Origin: Lophium mytilinum
Lineage: Eukaryota
NCBI GenBank assembly: GCA_010093605.1
Contig: MU004187.1
Coordinates: forward strand, 1,124,018 to 1,188,017
DNA: 64,000 bases
Direction of reading: 5' to 3'
In this document: positions 38,135 through 51,131 of the stretch, piece by piece
Layout of the letters: every line of letters starts with the position of its first letter
Position numbering within the stretch: the first letter of the stretch is position 1
Notes under the pieces: generated by a model
The model's input: only the letters and a program-made list of their open reading frames with translations
Database searches by the model: none
What the model was told of the DNA's origin: nothing
Program-made: the position numbers and the translations under genes

Positions 38135-39840
38135 ATGGCCAATCCCTTTGCCATTCGCGCTTTGGCACATCCAGCCATCGCAGAGACGTACCCTTTGTCG
38201 ACGGACATCTACCGAGAGCTATACTCATTCTTCTTCTCGTCTAAAGAATTCCTTCGTTGGTGTGGATCTGAGTGCCCCTGGCAGCTACATTGCTATGGGG
38301 GCCCAGGTTCTGGTAAGGTAATGACAACACAGTCGGGCAGTTCTCAGAGCTGTGGTAGCAAAACCCTGTTGTTGACGGTGACGACAGACCACGCTATGTG
38401 CGCTTGTGGTCCAACATCTCCAAGCCCACGCGGAGAACCCCGAAGTGGTGTCTGCGTTTGTCCAAGCCGATGTTCTTTCTAATGAGACAATTTTCCTTGA
38501 GGACTTCCTCGCCACGGTCTACCACCAGGTCCATGCATTTGGACGCGTTGAGTATAAGTCTGTGGACCTTTTCGACAAGTATGAGGATGCGTGTCAGGCC
38601 GGAAGAAGATCAGCTGTCCGCATAGAGCTGCTTCGCGAAGCCCTGCATGCAAGTTTCTCTCAATCCGCGCCCTGTTTTTTGGTTATGGATGGCATAGATC
38701 GATGTAGTGCCGCTCTTAGACTCCTCATTGAGCGCGAGCTTCAAGACCTGCAGTCACTCGGTGTGCGAATCATGGTCTCAGCGCGCCTCCGCGTCTTTGA
38801 GAAGCCTTTGGAAGCCACGTGTGACACTGACGAAACTGACGATGTCCTGAAGCTATTTCTTGAGTGTTCGAAATGTGAAGAAACAGTGCTTTGCTTCCCT
38901 TGCAAAGAACGAGGAGAAGTGTGCCCCATATGGTAAGTCATCTTATCTTTCGGAACAGGCTCAACCTTATTTTCACAACAGCGAAACTGCCGAATATCTT
39001 ATTGAGTCCTACGATATTGTCAACTTCGGTATTGGCCAAATACCCCCCCAAAGCATGCGGGATTTTGTCGCCTGGGATCTTGAAAAGGAACACGGTGACC
39101 TTGGCCTGAAGAGTTCATGTCACGATAAGCCTCCTCTATCTTCGCTCGGGGCTCTCATTCTTCGAAATCAGGATGGAAGTACTCCACAGAGTCTCCTAGA
39201 GCGCATTCTTGAGCAAGCAGAAAACAACATAGGTATTGCAAAGCTCAGATTGGACAACTTCCACAATGCACAATCTCTTGAAGACGTTGAGTCGATTGGA
39301 GACCGCCTACCTCCAAACATCGTATTTCAATTCGATACCGCTGTCAGAAACATCGAAACGCAACCTGCTAGTCAGGGCGATCTTGGCTTGCGAGCAATTG
39401 CCGCTGCTGCTGAGAACAATGCTGGAGTCCCTGCAGCCAATGTTGAAAGATGGCTGCGGCCGAAGTCCTCTAAATTCCCTCCTAGGAGCGTCGAGGACGT
39501 TCTTCAGTCAGCGAACGGCTTTCTCATCTCTGCAAACATGGAAGAAGAAAACATCCGTATTTACCATGCGAGTTTCTTCATGTATGTCGCCCAAAACTAC
39601 AACGCATCGCTTCTGTGGGCTAGGTCGCAGTTACATTTCGACAGAGCGTTTCGCTCACGCACCAATATTTCGACACTGATGTCCGAGACCAAGATTAAAA
39701 GTCCTCCGCTGTTCAGCCGAGTTCTCAGCTTTGACTCCAGCCCAAGGAGCGATGAATCGGATAAGGGCAGTCCATCGATATTGTCCAGAAGTTCTACCAC
39801 TTCTTACTTTGTTGGAGCCCGACGTCCCACCAACGGTTAA
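38135..39840 (+). CDS. NACHT-type P-loop NTPase with inserted ZZ-like zinc finger (528 aa)
   Basis: Exons 38135-38317, 38388-38932, 38982-39840; splicing builds Walker A LHCYGGPGSGKTT; Walker B FLVMDGIDR; IMVSAR; CDTD..CSKC..CFPC..CPIC; helical and winged-helix-like remainder. Confidence 0.85.
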
Positions 39841-40091
39841 TGCATACAAAACAACCAATCGTTTTACAAGGGGCGGCTCCTGGTACTCCCGTTTGATTTA
39901 CGGCTTGGCATTTGGCCCCAGATATTGAGGTACGGCGGGTCCTAAAATAGATTACTCTAATCGGCCCTGTGGTGTGCGCCCGTTCCGCCCCCACCCATCA
40001 ATAAAGGCACCCACCCGTCCACATGCATGTGCCGCTTACCTAGTAGGCCACCACAATTTCAGCTCCACCCGAAGGCAACGCTCCTGCTACA

Positions 40092-42390
40092 ATGTTATGC
40101 AGATTCTGCATTGACAATGTCTTGATGTCTGGGAAATCATGGGGCTACCATCGAAAAAAGGTCGAGAAACGGGAGAGAGCTGCATTGGAGAAATGCGTGT
40201 TTTGTTCCACCCTCATAAAAGATGCTGGGCTCGCTGAGCATGGCAAAGCTTGGCCATTGTACCGATGGAGCATGCGCTTTCCGGGTCGAACTCGGGAGAT
40301 CATCCACTCGATTGTGATCACCTTCCGTCTGATACCGGAAGAGGACTCGAAAGATTTTCGCCCGGGTTTTGCTGCAAGTCCTGATCGTGTGTTCTACATG
40401 TTCCCCGAGGAAGGTGTGTGTGCTATCGCATTCTGGAAGGGAGCTACTGATACTTAAATTAGAGCTCGGAATCATTCCCAGTATAGAGGACGTCGGTAGG
40501 AGCACAAACTTAGATTCAGCAGGTGCACAGGTCAAGAGCTGGGTCCAGCTGTGCGACAACAATCACGAAGGATGCTCGAAACAGCGGATACAACAAGAAC
40601 GCTACGGCTCACTCCCAACTCGGCTCCTCGACGTTGGCACAGAAAGAATTCCTTGTGTAAAGCTAATTGAGACCAAGAAAACAAAAGTCAGGGGACCATA
40701 TGTCTCCTTGAGCCATTGCTGGGGTCGCATTCTTTTCATTACGCTCACTCCCGAGAACCTAGAATCGTTCAAAGATGGAATTGGGTGGGAAAAGCTCTCG
40801 CGGAATTTCCAAGAAGCCATAACCCTTACGCGTTTCCTCGGCATTTCATACATCTGGATAGATTCCTTGTAAGTATTTCGTTGCCGTAAATTTCCTTAGA
40901 ATAGTCATGTAACCTCAAGCAGATGCATCATTCAAGGTCCCAAGGGCGATTTTCCAGCCGAAGCTCCGTTCATGCATCAGTATTATCGAAATGCCTACTG
41001 TAACATTGCCGCAGCAGATGCTTCCAATAGCGCAGGTGGGCTTTTCAGACGTCGAAACCCTACACACATACTTCCGGATAAGTATAGCGTCGACGATAAG
41101 TCAACAATATTTGGAGATAAGAAATGGAGGATCGTTAATCAAGACATATGGCATACCCAACTGCTGAAGACTGTAATCTATACCCGCGGATGGGTCTTTC
41201 AAGGCAAGTTGTACAGTCTCAAGTACATAGTGAATTGCATCTCACTGACTTACCTAGAACGGATGCTCGCCCCACGCATCATTCACTTCGCTAGAGACCA
41301 GATCTTCTGGGACTGCCCTGAAATGAGTGCATGTGAGGCTTTCCCATCTGGACTTCCGCAACCACTGGATACCGCTGCGGCCACTGATCGACACTGGCGT
41401 GGAAGACTTCAAGAGACCGGATCTATCCGCCACCACCCTTTAGCCGGAGCTTCGGACGACTCTCTGGAGCAATTCTGGATCTCTGCGGTTCGCAACTATA
41501 CAAGCTGCGATCTCACGAATGGAAACGATAAACTCATTGCCCTTTGGGGCATCGCGAAGCTTGTTCGGGACGCTTTAGAGGAAGAATACGGTGCTGGGCT
41601 GTGGGCATACAAACTTGAAGAGCAACTGGCCTGGAGAGTCTCCGAGTGCACCCTGGACGAGCGTCCTGTGGATCTTCGAGATAACCCGTCCTGGTCTTGG
41701 GCATCTATGAACGGTACAATAGAACTTGCCAATCGCGTAGCACAAGTCGCGTATTATGAGAGAACAGACCTTCACCAAACGCCCAAGCTTGTCGAAGAGA
41801 GGTATTACGTTGTCACAGATCATCATGGGGAGCCAGTGTCGTTCCAATTGATCTACGAGCTGAAGGCCGGCACACCGTCAGGTTCAACTACTGACGGCGC
41901 TACTGGATCAAAGAGACCAAAACCGGGCCGGGGCTATAGCGCTTCGCAAAATGACCCTGACCGTCAACCGCGACTTGGTTCTAAATCGATCGAAATCGAG
42001 GGCTACGTTGGCCATGCAGCTCTTTCGCACAACGGGATTGACAGATGGACTCTCTCTTCACCCGAAGAAGGGAGGGGACTAATCAACTCAAATATTGAAG
42101 TCTTTCCCGATACAAAGCCCAAGGCCCCGGACACTGACTTTATTGTACTATCGGCAAGCAAGACTCCTCTGGACATATCCATGCCCCGGCTGGATGCTTT
42201 GGGCTTTGCAACCGCCTTCCAGTATTCCGGAGTTGGGATCATTCTCCTGCGGACTGACGAGAGCGGTCATTATGAGAGGTCCGGGGCGTTTCGCTTTCGC
42301 AATGTCAGCGAAGAGATGTGGCAGATACTGAGACCTGACACGGGAAACCCTGATAGCTTCCTTGGGGACACGAAGTTTTGGCTGGACTGA
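40092..42390 (+). CDS. HET-domain (heterokaryon incompatibility) protein
   Basis: Exons 40092-40413, 40463-40868, 40923-41203, 41258-42390; LPTRLLDV, YVSLSHCWG, YIWIDSLCIIQ, MHQYYRNAYCNIAA, RGWVFQERMLAPR, DKLIALWGIA, YGAGLW, PSWSWAS. Confidence 0.95.
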
Positions 42391-43227
42391 TAGGCTCACA
42401 AAATGGACAGGCCATTTCAACAATGCTGCGGCTCCGACGGTAGTCACGTGATTCTAATATATCATCCACCACTGAAGGTCCCGCAAAACGTTAGCAATGG
42501 GATATAGACCTTTGATCATAACACGCAGTGCTCATCTCTATTGGACCTAGTCGCGAAATTTAGGCGGTGTATGAGGATACCTAATACTACGGGATGGGCC
42601 AGCTTATGTGATGTTACAACTACATCCGCTGGTCTACGGCGCCCGAAGAAGGGACTTTATCCCCCTTCTGGACTTTAGAAGCAAGTAGTACAGTTTATAA
42701 AACTCAATGCATGACAAAAATCAATACGTGTGCCCTCGCGACTGGGTGGTGCTGCGAACCTCGCCATCCCTTAGACGACGAGAGAAAATTTAGCATTATA
42801 AATTTTTACGCGAGCGCCGCTGCTTGCCTCAACACCATGCGTCAGGCTCGCCGGGGCAGAGCCAAAGTGGCAGCGTCATCGCAAATTTTCAGTTATGAAG
42901 GGGTAATGAATTGGATGAGTGGATCACTCGCCCAGTGTCTCGATGATAAGCCGTACACTAGGCTTGCCCCGGGCCGATGAGAACCAGGGACAGGAAAAGA
43001 CTGCTCTTTCACAGCACCAGATCGCCGCCAACAAAGAGAAGTACAAAGCAGCTCACTTCCCTCGCTCGCACGGTAGGTTCTAGTCATCTCCTATCTGTAG
43101 AACTTTCTATTTTATTTCAGATAAAGCATTGTGGTCGTGACACCGTGCTTCTCACTTATTCAACCTCGCTTCATTCCGATCCGATTTCTATCATCAACGT
43201 ATCAACTTCATCAACTCTAATCTCCCA

Positions 43228-45422
43228 ATGCCCAGCCGGCTGTCAGGGCAGATGGATCCATTTCCGGAGCTCCAGCTACCAGAGTCGCGAGTGCTCATCG
43301 TTATCACTGGTAGGACATTTCAACTCCATCTTCCAAAACAACCATTGACGGCGGCAACAGGCGGCACAATATGCATGCGACGGTCTGAAGACGGTCTTAT
43401 TCCCGTGAGTAGCTCGCACGAAGGACGAAGCGAGTTTCACTTTGTATGCTCCCATCCGTAGAGCCAGTGCACCGTATTAACGGGTCATAGGCGAAGGGCT
43501 TTCTGAGGGCTGCGCTCGCACCACGGCCCTCGTTCAACGACAACTCGTATCAGGACCCACTGGAAATCATCACAGACGACAAAGGAACTCGCAAGGCTGT
43601 CCAAAGCCTGCGAACGCCAATCAGCGCCTATGACCGTCGGGTGCGGTACTCAGTGCTGGAATTCGACGAGCTTCTGGATAGTAGCTCCATCGACGCGGCT
43701 GGCTGGGACCAGATCGCAAGAACTATCTACCGGAACTACCAGCTCTTTGACGGCTTTGTGGTTCTCCATGGCACTGACTCCCTAGCCTACACGTGCTCCG
43801 CACTTAGCTTCATGTTCCAGAACCTAGGTAAGCCGGTCATCCTAACGGGATCTCAGGCACCGATGATGGAGCTGCAAAATGACGCACAGGACAATCTTCT
43901 CTCTTCTCTGATTATTGCTGGCCATTTCATGATACCCGAGGTCTGCCTTTTCTTTAACTTCAAACTGTTCCGCGGCAACCGCACTACAAAAGTTTCGGCC
44001 GAAGACTTCGATGCCTTTGCGAGCCCCAACCTTCGGCCGCTGGCCCAAATATCATCACTCCGGACGAATGTGCAATGGAACCTCGTCTACCGACCGACCA
44101 CAGTTCATCCCTTCAGCATTCAGACTAAACTCGACACGTCCCACGTGGCATGTCTTCGAATCTTCCCTGGAATGAAGCCGGAGATGGTGGATGCCGTGCT
44201 CCGTCTGGAGGGGCTCAAAGGCCTCATACTGGAAACTTTCGGAGCAGGAAACACGCCAGGAGGACCCGATTCAGCCATGACTCAGATTCTCGCGGCTGCA
44301 GTGAAGAGGGGGATCGTGATAGTGAACGTCACTCAATGCCTCAGTGGCAGCGTCAGCCCACTGTACGCTCCAGGCACGGTACTGGGGCGAGCAGGAGTCG
44401 TTTTCGGGCAGGACCTGACTTCCGAAGCGGCTCTCACAAAGCTTGCGTACCTCCTTGCTTTGCCCGACTCAACGCCCGAGGAGGTCGCGAAGCGCATGTG
44501 CATCTCGCTGCGCGGCGAGCTCACCGAAACCACGCGCACGCATTTCGAACACCCCAAGAACGGCAGCCTGACGCCCGAGCTATCCAGCTTGACGGCGCTC
44601 GGATATTCGATCCAAGCGGGCGATCTGCAAGGAGCACGCGACATAATCCGAGGAGAGACCCGCTGGCTGCTGAACGATGCGGACTACAACCTTTCAACTC
44701 CAGTTGTAAGTACTGCTTCCCATTGCCTGAAGAGAAGTGTGCCCGATAGCAACGAGTCGGACTGGTCACAGTCGACGCTTGTATCACCAACGCCTGTGTC
44801 CTGCGCCGACACACCATTCGACGCACAAAGCCTGACGAGAAAAATTCACCAACTCTCCGGTATCGGGCAGGGTCACTGCAGCGGGTGAGGACGGACGCTG
44901 CGATTAATTCGAAACGGTGCAACGGCATTATCTCTGCGCAGAATGGCGCCGACGGCGAGACTGTGCAGCTCCATTCACAGGGCTGCAAGGCTCGCTAAAG
45001 CACCCTGCTGGCTCCCTCATTACTATATCAGCTGCACATCACCTGCTCGCTGCCTCCCGGAGCTGATTCCGAACGAACATTACACCTATCGGGCCAAGAG
45101 CGCGTACAAGCTTTTTTCGTTACATGACAGAAAATGCTGACTTGGCCGTGCGCAACAGCATCTCGCGGCTACCGGGCCAAATGTCGAAATACTCAAAGAC
45201 TTCCTCGAGCAAGGCGCGTCGGTCCACTTACGCAACCGCGAGGGCCACACACCGCTGTACTTGGCAGCGCACTCGGGCCTGGCTGGTCATGTGCAGATTT
45301 TGACGGATGCCGGCGCCCATCTGCACTCGGACGAGATGGCAGCGGCACGGTTGCATGCCGAATCGGACGGCGACGCGGCAGTGTGGGCCACGGCGGGCGT
45401 GAGTGGTGCTGAGACGGGCTGA
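43228..45422 (+). CDS. Type I L-asparaginase with C-terminal ankyrin repeats
   Basis: Exons 43228-43310, 43361-43404, 43491-44705, 45159-45422; ITGGTICM, HGTDSLAY, LTGSQ, LETFGAGN; ankyrin segment TPVHLAA..GASVHLRNREGHTPLYLAA. Confidence 0.93.
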
Positions 45423-47222
45423 GAGCTGTGTGGCTTGTGAGGCATGCGAGGGGGATCTATGGGCCAGCTGCGGACGTGTGAGGCGTGCATGATAGACAGC
45501 TGGGGCCAGCAAGACGGTGAGGGTCTGGCGATGCAGTTCGTGGAAGAAGTGCAGCCACGGCCCGAGTGAGAGGCATGTGTCTCTGTACATAGATAGTATA
45601 GCCTACCCCTACCTTGCCACTCCGGCCGCTTCGACGCACGCTTGCAGCCCTACTAGCTGTGCTAGCCTCTGCAGGGCGGGCCTGGGGGTGATTGCATTTG
45701 CGTTATCAGTGTCGAAAATCTCGGCATGCCGACGCATTCCGAGGGTCCGACGTGAGGATATTCAGAATGTCAGGCGCCGATTGTGCAATGGCCGTGATAG
45801 GAAGCTGGGGAGAGCTAGAATGGACGTTGTGCAGTTAGATGGCCTTAGATAGCCTTGGATGGCCTCATATGGCCTCAGCGACGGGCCTGATGGCGGCATC
45901 TGGGGCGGCTCTCCGGCCTTCTAAATGGACCCCCTTCGGCATTATCAGTCCGCAATTCAGTCTGCAGGTGTGTATCAAAAAGCTTGTTTCTCGGCTGCAG
46001 GGTGGTGTGGCGCTGCGACAGACGTCGTCGCGCCCTAGCTGCTGCCCGTCTCCCGCACTACCACGTTCTCCAGCTCCATGGCCGCACTGGGGCCGCAAGG
46101 GACTGTTCTAGCGTTCCATGAGGGGCATCGCTGTACATTTTTCACGCGCTCCTGGCGGCGACGAGGCGGATCTAACCAGGCCCTGTGCCGCAAGCCTCTT
46201 GATCTCGCAACCTGGAGTCGCGCGCAGCCCTGGCAGCTTCCCCGCCTTTTGATGCCCGGCCTATTGAGGCAGCACAGTCAATCACGAGCAGACTCGCCAT
46301 CTCGCAGCCTTCTTGCTCGATATGCGCCCGTCCTGACTCCCCGTTGCTGGCAGCCCCGCCGGCGCTGACAGCAGGATAGCTGAGCCTGCGCGCAATTCGC
46401 CGTGGCCTGTTTCCATGACTGGTTATTAGGTAATTTTGCCCAACACTTTCTGCTTAACGCACTCCCCCTAGGCCTTGACTGCCCCGTCGAGTGACACTGC
46501 CAATGCAGCCTCTCCGTCTTTCTCCTGCGTCTCCGATGCTGCTGTGCGCTTTATATCGGACAACCCAGGGCCCCGTTGCCGGGCTGCGAGCCGTCAGCGC
46601 CCTTCCAGCAAAGCTGCTCTTTGTGTGTCGTCAAACCTTCCCAGGACGAGTCTGGCTGTCTCTTGCAATCCCTCCCAAGGCTCACCTAGTAGGCGGCCCC
46701 ACCTGTCCGCGCCTACATTATCTCGCCGGCGCCGATTTGCACCTCACGTGTACCGCTGGCCTGGTTTGATGTCTGCTACGTACGCTGGAGTAGCATAATT
46801 CCCCGTCCCGCCGCCCTGCAAACACGTGCACTGTACCCCGTCAACGGTCCGCTGCAGTAGCACACCGACACCGCAAGACCCAAAAGTGTGTTCAGTCAGT
46901 CACACCACGCCGCCCGAATAATCCCATTTTTCCACTGTTATCGCGTCCCCAGCTGCCTTTCACTGCCACCTTATATCCATTCCACCACCTGCTCCTAGCC
47001 TCCTCCCCCTCTCATCCTTGCACTCTCCGGCTCAGCCCTATCTTCTCGCTCTCTCCTCTCTCCACCGTCCTGTAGGGGAGGTCAGGCCGCCAAGCCTGCT
47101 CCGACCCGGAAGTCAAATCCGGTCAAGCTCCCGACGGTTTTGAGCAAACTTTCCGGCAACTCACTTTCTTCCTTTGTCTACCATCTTTCCACAAGTTGGC
47201 CCTGCAGGACTCGATCCTCCGT

Positions 47223-48365
47223 ATGCCTACTAAGACCGTCGTCACCGTCAACAGCAATGGGCGCCAGTCGGCAAGCTTTGTGCGCGTTGCATCTGCTGTG
47301 GGATGGCAGGTCCGCGCCCAGATGCGTGACAAGAATGGAATAGTGGCTGAAGAACTGTCGAACCTGCCCAACGTCACTGTCTTTATCGGCGCTTTGGAGG
47401 ACCCCAAATTCCTGGCGGACCTTTTCAAAAATGCGCAGCTCGCCTTCATCAATACGACGCATTGGGGAGACGAGGTTGCCATTGGCCGGTCGTTAGCCGA
47501 TGCGGCGAAAAAGGCTGGAGTTCAACACTACATTTTCAGCAGCATGCCCGATCACTCTATCTACAATGAGAACTGGAAGCCTTTGCCGATGTGGGCGCAG
47601 AAGTACACGGTCGAGAACTACATTCGCCAAATCGGGCTCCCAGCCACCTTTGTCTACTGCGGAATTTACCACAACAACTTCACCAGCCTCAACTACCCAC
47701 TTTTCCGAATGGAGCTCCAGGACGACGGCAGCTTCGTGTGGCAAGCGCCGTTCCATCCCGACATCCCTTTGCCATGGCTGGATGCAGAGCACGATGTGGG
47801 CCCAGCAGTCCTGCAAATCTTCAAAGAAGGTCCGCGGAAGTGGGGCGGCAAGAGGTAAGCCTTATCTCTCTCCGTCATGCCCAGAATCCCCACCCTTCCC
47901 TTACCCCGTCTTTCCCCGACTTCCTTAGTTTTCAGCCCCATTACCCCGACTTTTCGGATGACTCGGGATCATGTGCTCACAAGTCCTCTAAATCTTAGTG
48001 TCGCCTTGGCCTTCTCAGAGCTCACTCCCAAGGAAGTTTGCAGAGCTTTCGCCAAAGGTCTTTCCCGCCGGGTCAAGTACAGGCGCGGCTCGATCGAGAT
48101 CGCTGTCCCTGTGCCGGCCGGCTACCGTCATCACCTACAAGCTCTCGAGGACACCCTAGGCCGCCAATCCGCGCCGTACTTCGGCCCCGAGCTCGAAAAG
48201 AACTGCACCGAGCAAGCGCTAGAGCTGTGGGAAGGCTACCGAGACATCGAAGAGTATGCCCGCGAAGTGTTCCCAGTGGAAGAGTCGGCGAACGGATTGA
48301 CGTGGATGGAGGAGGGCGAGACGGAGCAGCCTGAGGTGGAGTTGGATTTCCAAGGCAGTTGCTAG
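47223..48365 (+). CDS. nmrA: Nitrogen metabolite repression regulator NmrA/NMR-1
   Basis: GRQSASFVRVASAVG, AFINTT, SSMPDHS, TVENYIRQ, LPWLDAEHDVGPA, EEYAREVFPVEE.ANGL.WM; intron 47855-47998. Confidence 0.95.
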
Positions 48366-49545
48366 GAACTTTTCTTTTGCATTGCGATGGCGTTAACATA
48401 TTCTTGCAGGCCTTAGCCTGTAAAACGATGTCGGCATTTCATTCCGCCTGGTGATGGCGTTGGCGACCGGAACACTGGCTAGTGACTGGGAAGGGTTGGC
48501 TGGGGAGGCTCTCTGCTCGTCCAGGGCGGTTCGGAATATCCATTTCTCATCTCTTGGTGCTGGTTTGATGCAGCGATTTGGCTGGACATACTGGGCTATG
48601 TCGGTGCATAGCGTGAGCGATATCTTGGCCTCGTGCGCCGCTCTTGTCAAATCAATACAATTGAACTCATGGTTCAAATTTGATGATGAGAATGCCTCTG
48701 GACAGCATATGCCAATCTCTGCAGCTTGCCCTTGCGAATTATGGTACCACACCTGGAACTCATAACACCAGCTTCAGTAACCTGGCAGCTACCAACCGTA
48801 CATCTATATCTTACCGAATACACAGGTTGCGTATCGTCTACAGGTTTTCCTTTTCACTCCTATCCGAGCTTCACGTTGAGATGGCTGCATGTCATGCAGC
48901 TTATGACAGGCAGCAACACCCCCAATCGCATGCGAACACAGCAAACCTCGCTTTAATGCCTGTGTTCTTGAGGACTCACTTCTTCCCCTCTTTTCTGAGC
49001 TGATCTGGTTCAAGCGATCAATTTGATTCACCTACAGTAAAACAATTCCTGCGTCCAAACGACAGTTTCACTTGTCAATCTCGATCTCAAGATGTTTGTT
49101 AAGAGTGTAGGTGTACCCATAGCTTGTCGCTCGCCGGGTAGAAATATATGCTAAATGACTACTATCAGCCCAGTCGCGGTGACGGCCCGGTAAGGTTGAG
49201 TATCTGCTCATGTAGGCATGCGCTCACGAATGCAAGCAGAACTTCTCGTCTTCTCCGAAAGGCCCCTGGTCTGACCCTATGCCTAAAGATGGTGGTGCGC
49301 CCAATTAGGGGGAGGTCGGACTGGCTATAACTCGTGATGGGACGGCACCATGGCTATAACATGTCTGCACCGATCAGAAGTTATTATTACAATAGTCTTC
49401 TATCAAATTGATGCTCTCATACCTCTTCAAGCTTTGACACCAAATGCACGTGACGCCCACACCCCTACCCCGCTTAGTCACCCAAAATTCCGAAGCTCAC
49501 GATCCTCACGATCTCAACCCTCACAACCCTCACCCAATCCCCGCA

Positions 49546-50451
49546 ATGTCCACCCAACCCACCTCCCTACGGCCCCTCGCGCGCCTAAAACCCCTCCTCC
49601 GCCACGCGCGCGCCTGCAACCAGCGCCGCAGCTTCCTTTCCATCACGCCGGATGACATCCGGACGCACAAGCCGCTGCCGGGGTATTCATCACTGAGTAC
49701 GCTCCCCCCTCTCCTACTGTTCAATCGCCCTCTCGCTTCCTCAGAAAAGCCCTCTCAGCCCAGGAATTCCCCAATTGCACATCCCTCTCACAAAATGAAG
49801 TATCCGCTAACCCAACCCCCAGCCAAAACCCGCGCCCCCCCCAAAACCATCCCAACCTTCCCCCCTCCACCCGCCCCCAAGCAACGCTGCCCGGACCCCG
49901 TCGCCTTCATCGAAGCCACCCAGCTCGCGCAACTCGACCCCAGCGGCGCGCGCACGCGCTTATTCGCAAAATATAACTCCGAGGGCGCGAAGGTGGGCGA
50001 CGTGCTGCTGGTGCGGCTGAAGAATGGGGACCCGTTCGCGGGGGTGTGTATTAACATCCGGCGGCGCGGGGTGGACACGGCGGTGCTGCTGCGCGGGCAG
50101 CTGACGCGGGTGGGGGTGGAGATGTGGTATAAGATCTATTCGCCGAATGTGGAGGGGATTGAGGTGGTGCAGCGGATGCAGAAGAGGGCGAGGAGGGCGA
50201 AGTTGTATTTTTTGAGGTATGTTCATGTTTGTGTTGTGGTTCTCGCCCACCCCGGGGCTGGGAGATGTTGATGGCTGACGATGTGGGTGTATAGGCAACC
50301 GAGACATGATAGGGGCTCGGTGGAGAATGTGGTGCGGCAGTATATGAAGACGCGGGCGGCGTTGGGGGTGGGGACCGAGAGGAGGAAGGAGGCGGGGTTG
50401 AAGCAGAAGAAGAGTAAGGGGAAGAAGAAGCAGGTTGCGCCGGTGGCTTGA
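49546..50451 (+). CDS. IMG1: Mitochondrial large-subunit ribosomal protein bL19m
   Basis: Arg-rich presequence; introns 49697-49822 and 50217-50294; LDPSGART.LF, GVCINIRRRGVDTAVLLR, GVEMWYKIYSP, RARRAKLYFLR..HD.GSVE. Confidence 0.9.
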
Positions 50452-51131
50452 GCGGTGTGTTGTGCACTATTGTAGGTGAGTATGGGAACTGGGCGCTGGA
50501 TGTATGATATGTTCGAGGCACGAGGGGCTTAGGCATTGATTGTATATCATCTCTGTACAAAAAGTATGCTGGTCTGGGTGAAGAAAGCAGCGCCAAAGAG
50601 TGGACACATACCCGTCCTCCCCAAGCAGTGAAATGAACTTCAGCTTTGTCAGTGAGGTATGCGATGTAGTTGGCCTACTCTAGTAAACAGACCGAAGGTA
50701 TGTTTCCTTTTCCATCGAGCATCCAGTTCTCCTCTTACAGTGCTCTCCACAGGCTCAGGAGCTAACACACAAGGCACGGTAACCTATAGCAAATACAGCC
50801 TCCAATTATTTCCAACGGTACACAAGCAAGCCACCTGAACAAACACACATAAAGGCTTAGCAGTAATCTAGTAGCAGCATTTCTTTTCTATAGCTTATAA
50901 ACAGACTCCTTCTCCTCGCCCTTCCCCTTACTACCTCTTCTCTCATCCTTCATCTCTCATCCTCCCTCAACAATACCTAATAAATTCAGAAACTCTAAGT
51001 CCAATCAAGCGCCACTAATGTTTGTTCTATGCAGGTCCTCCTCACTTTTCCACGTCCCCGCCCAGTTTTCTAACACAGTCTGGTTCCAATGCAGCGCTTC
51101 GGGCAAGGTCAGAAGCGTTATACATGGTGTT

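Noticed and set aside
38135..42390. Amyloid signalling motif linking NACHT and HET genes
   Set aside because: No G/N/Q-rich HRAM, PP or sigma-like motif at the NACHT N-terminus or HET C-terminus.
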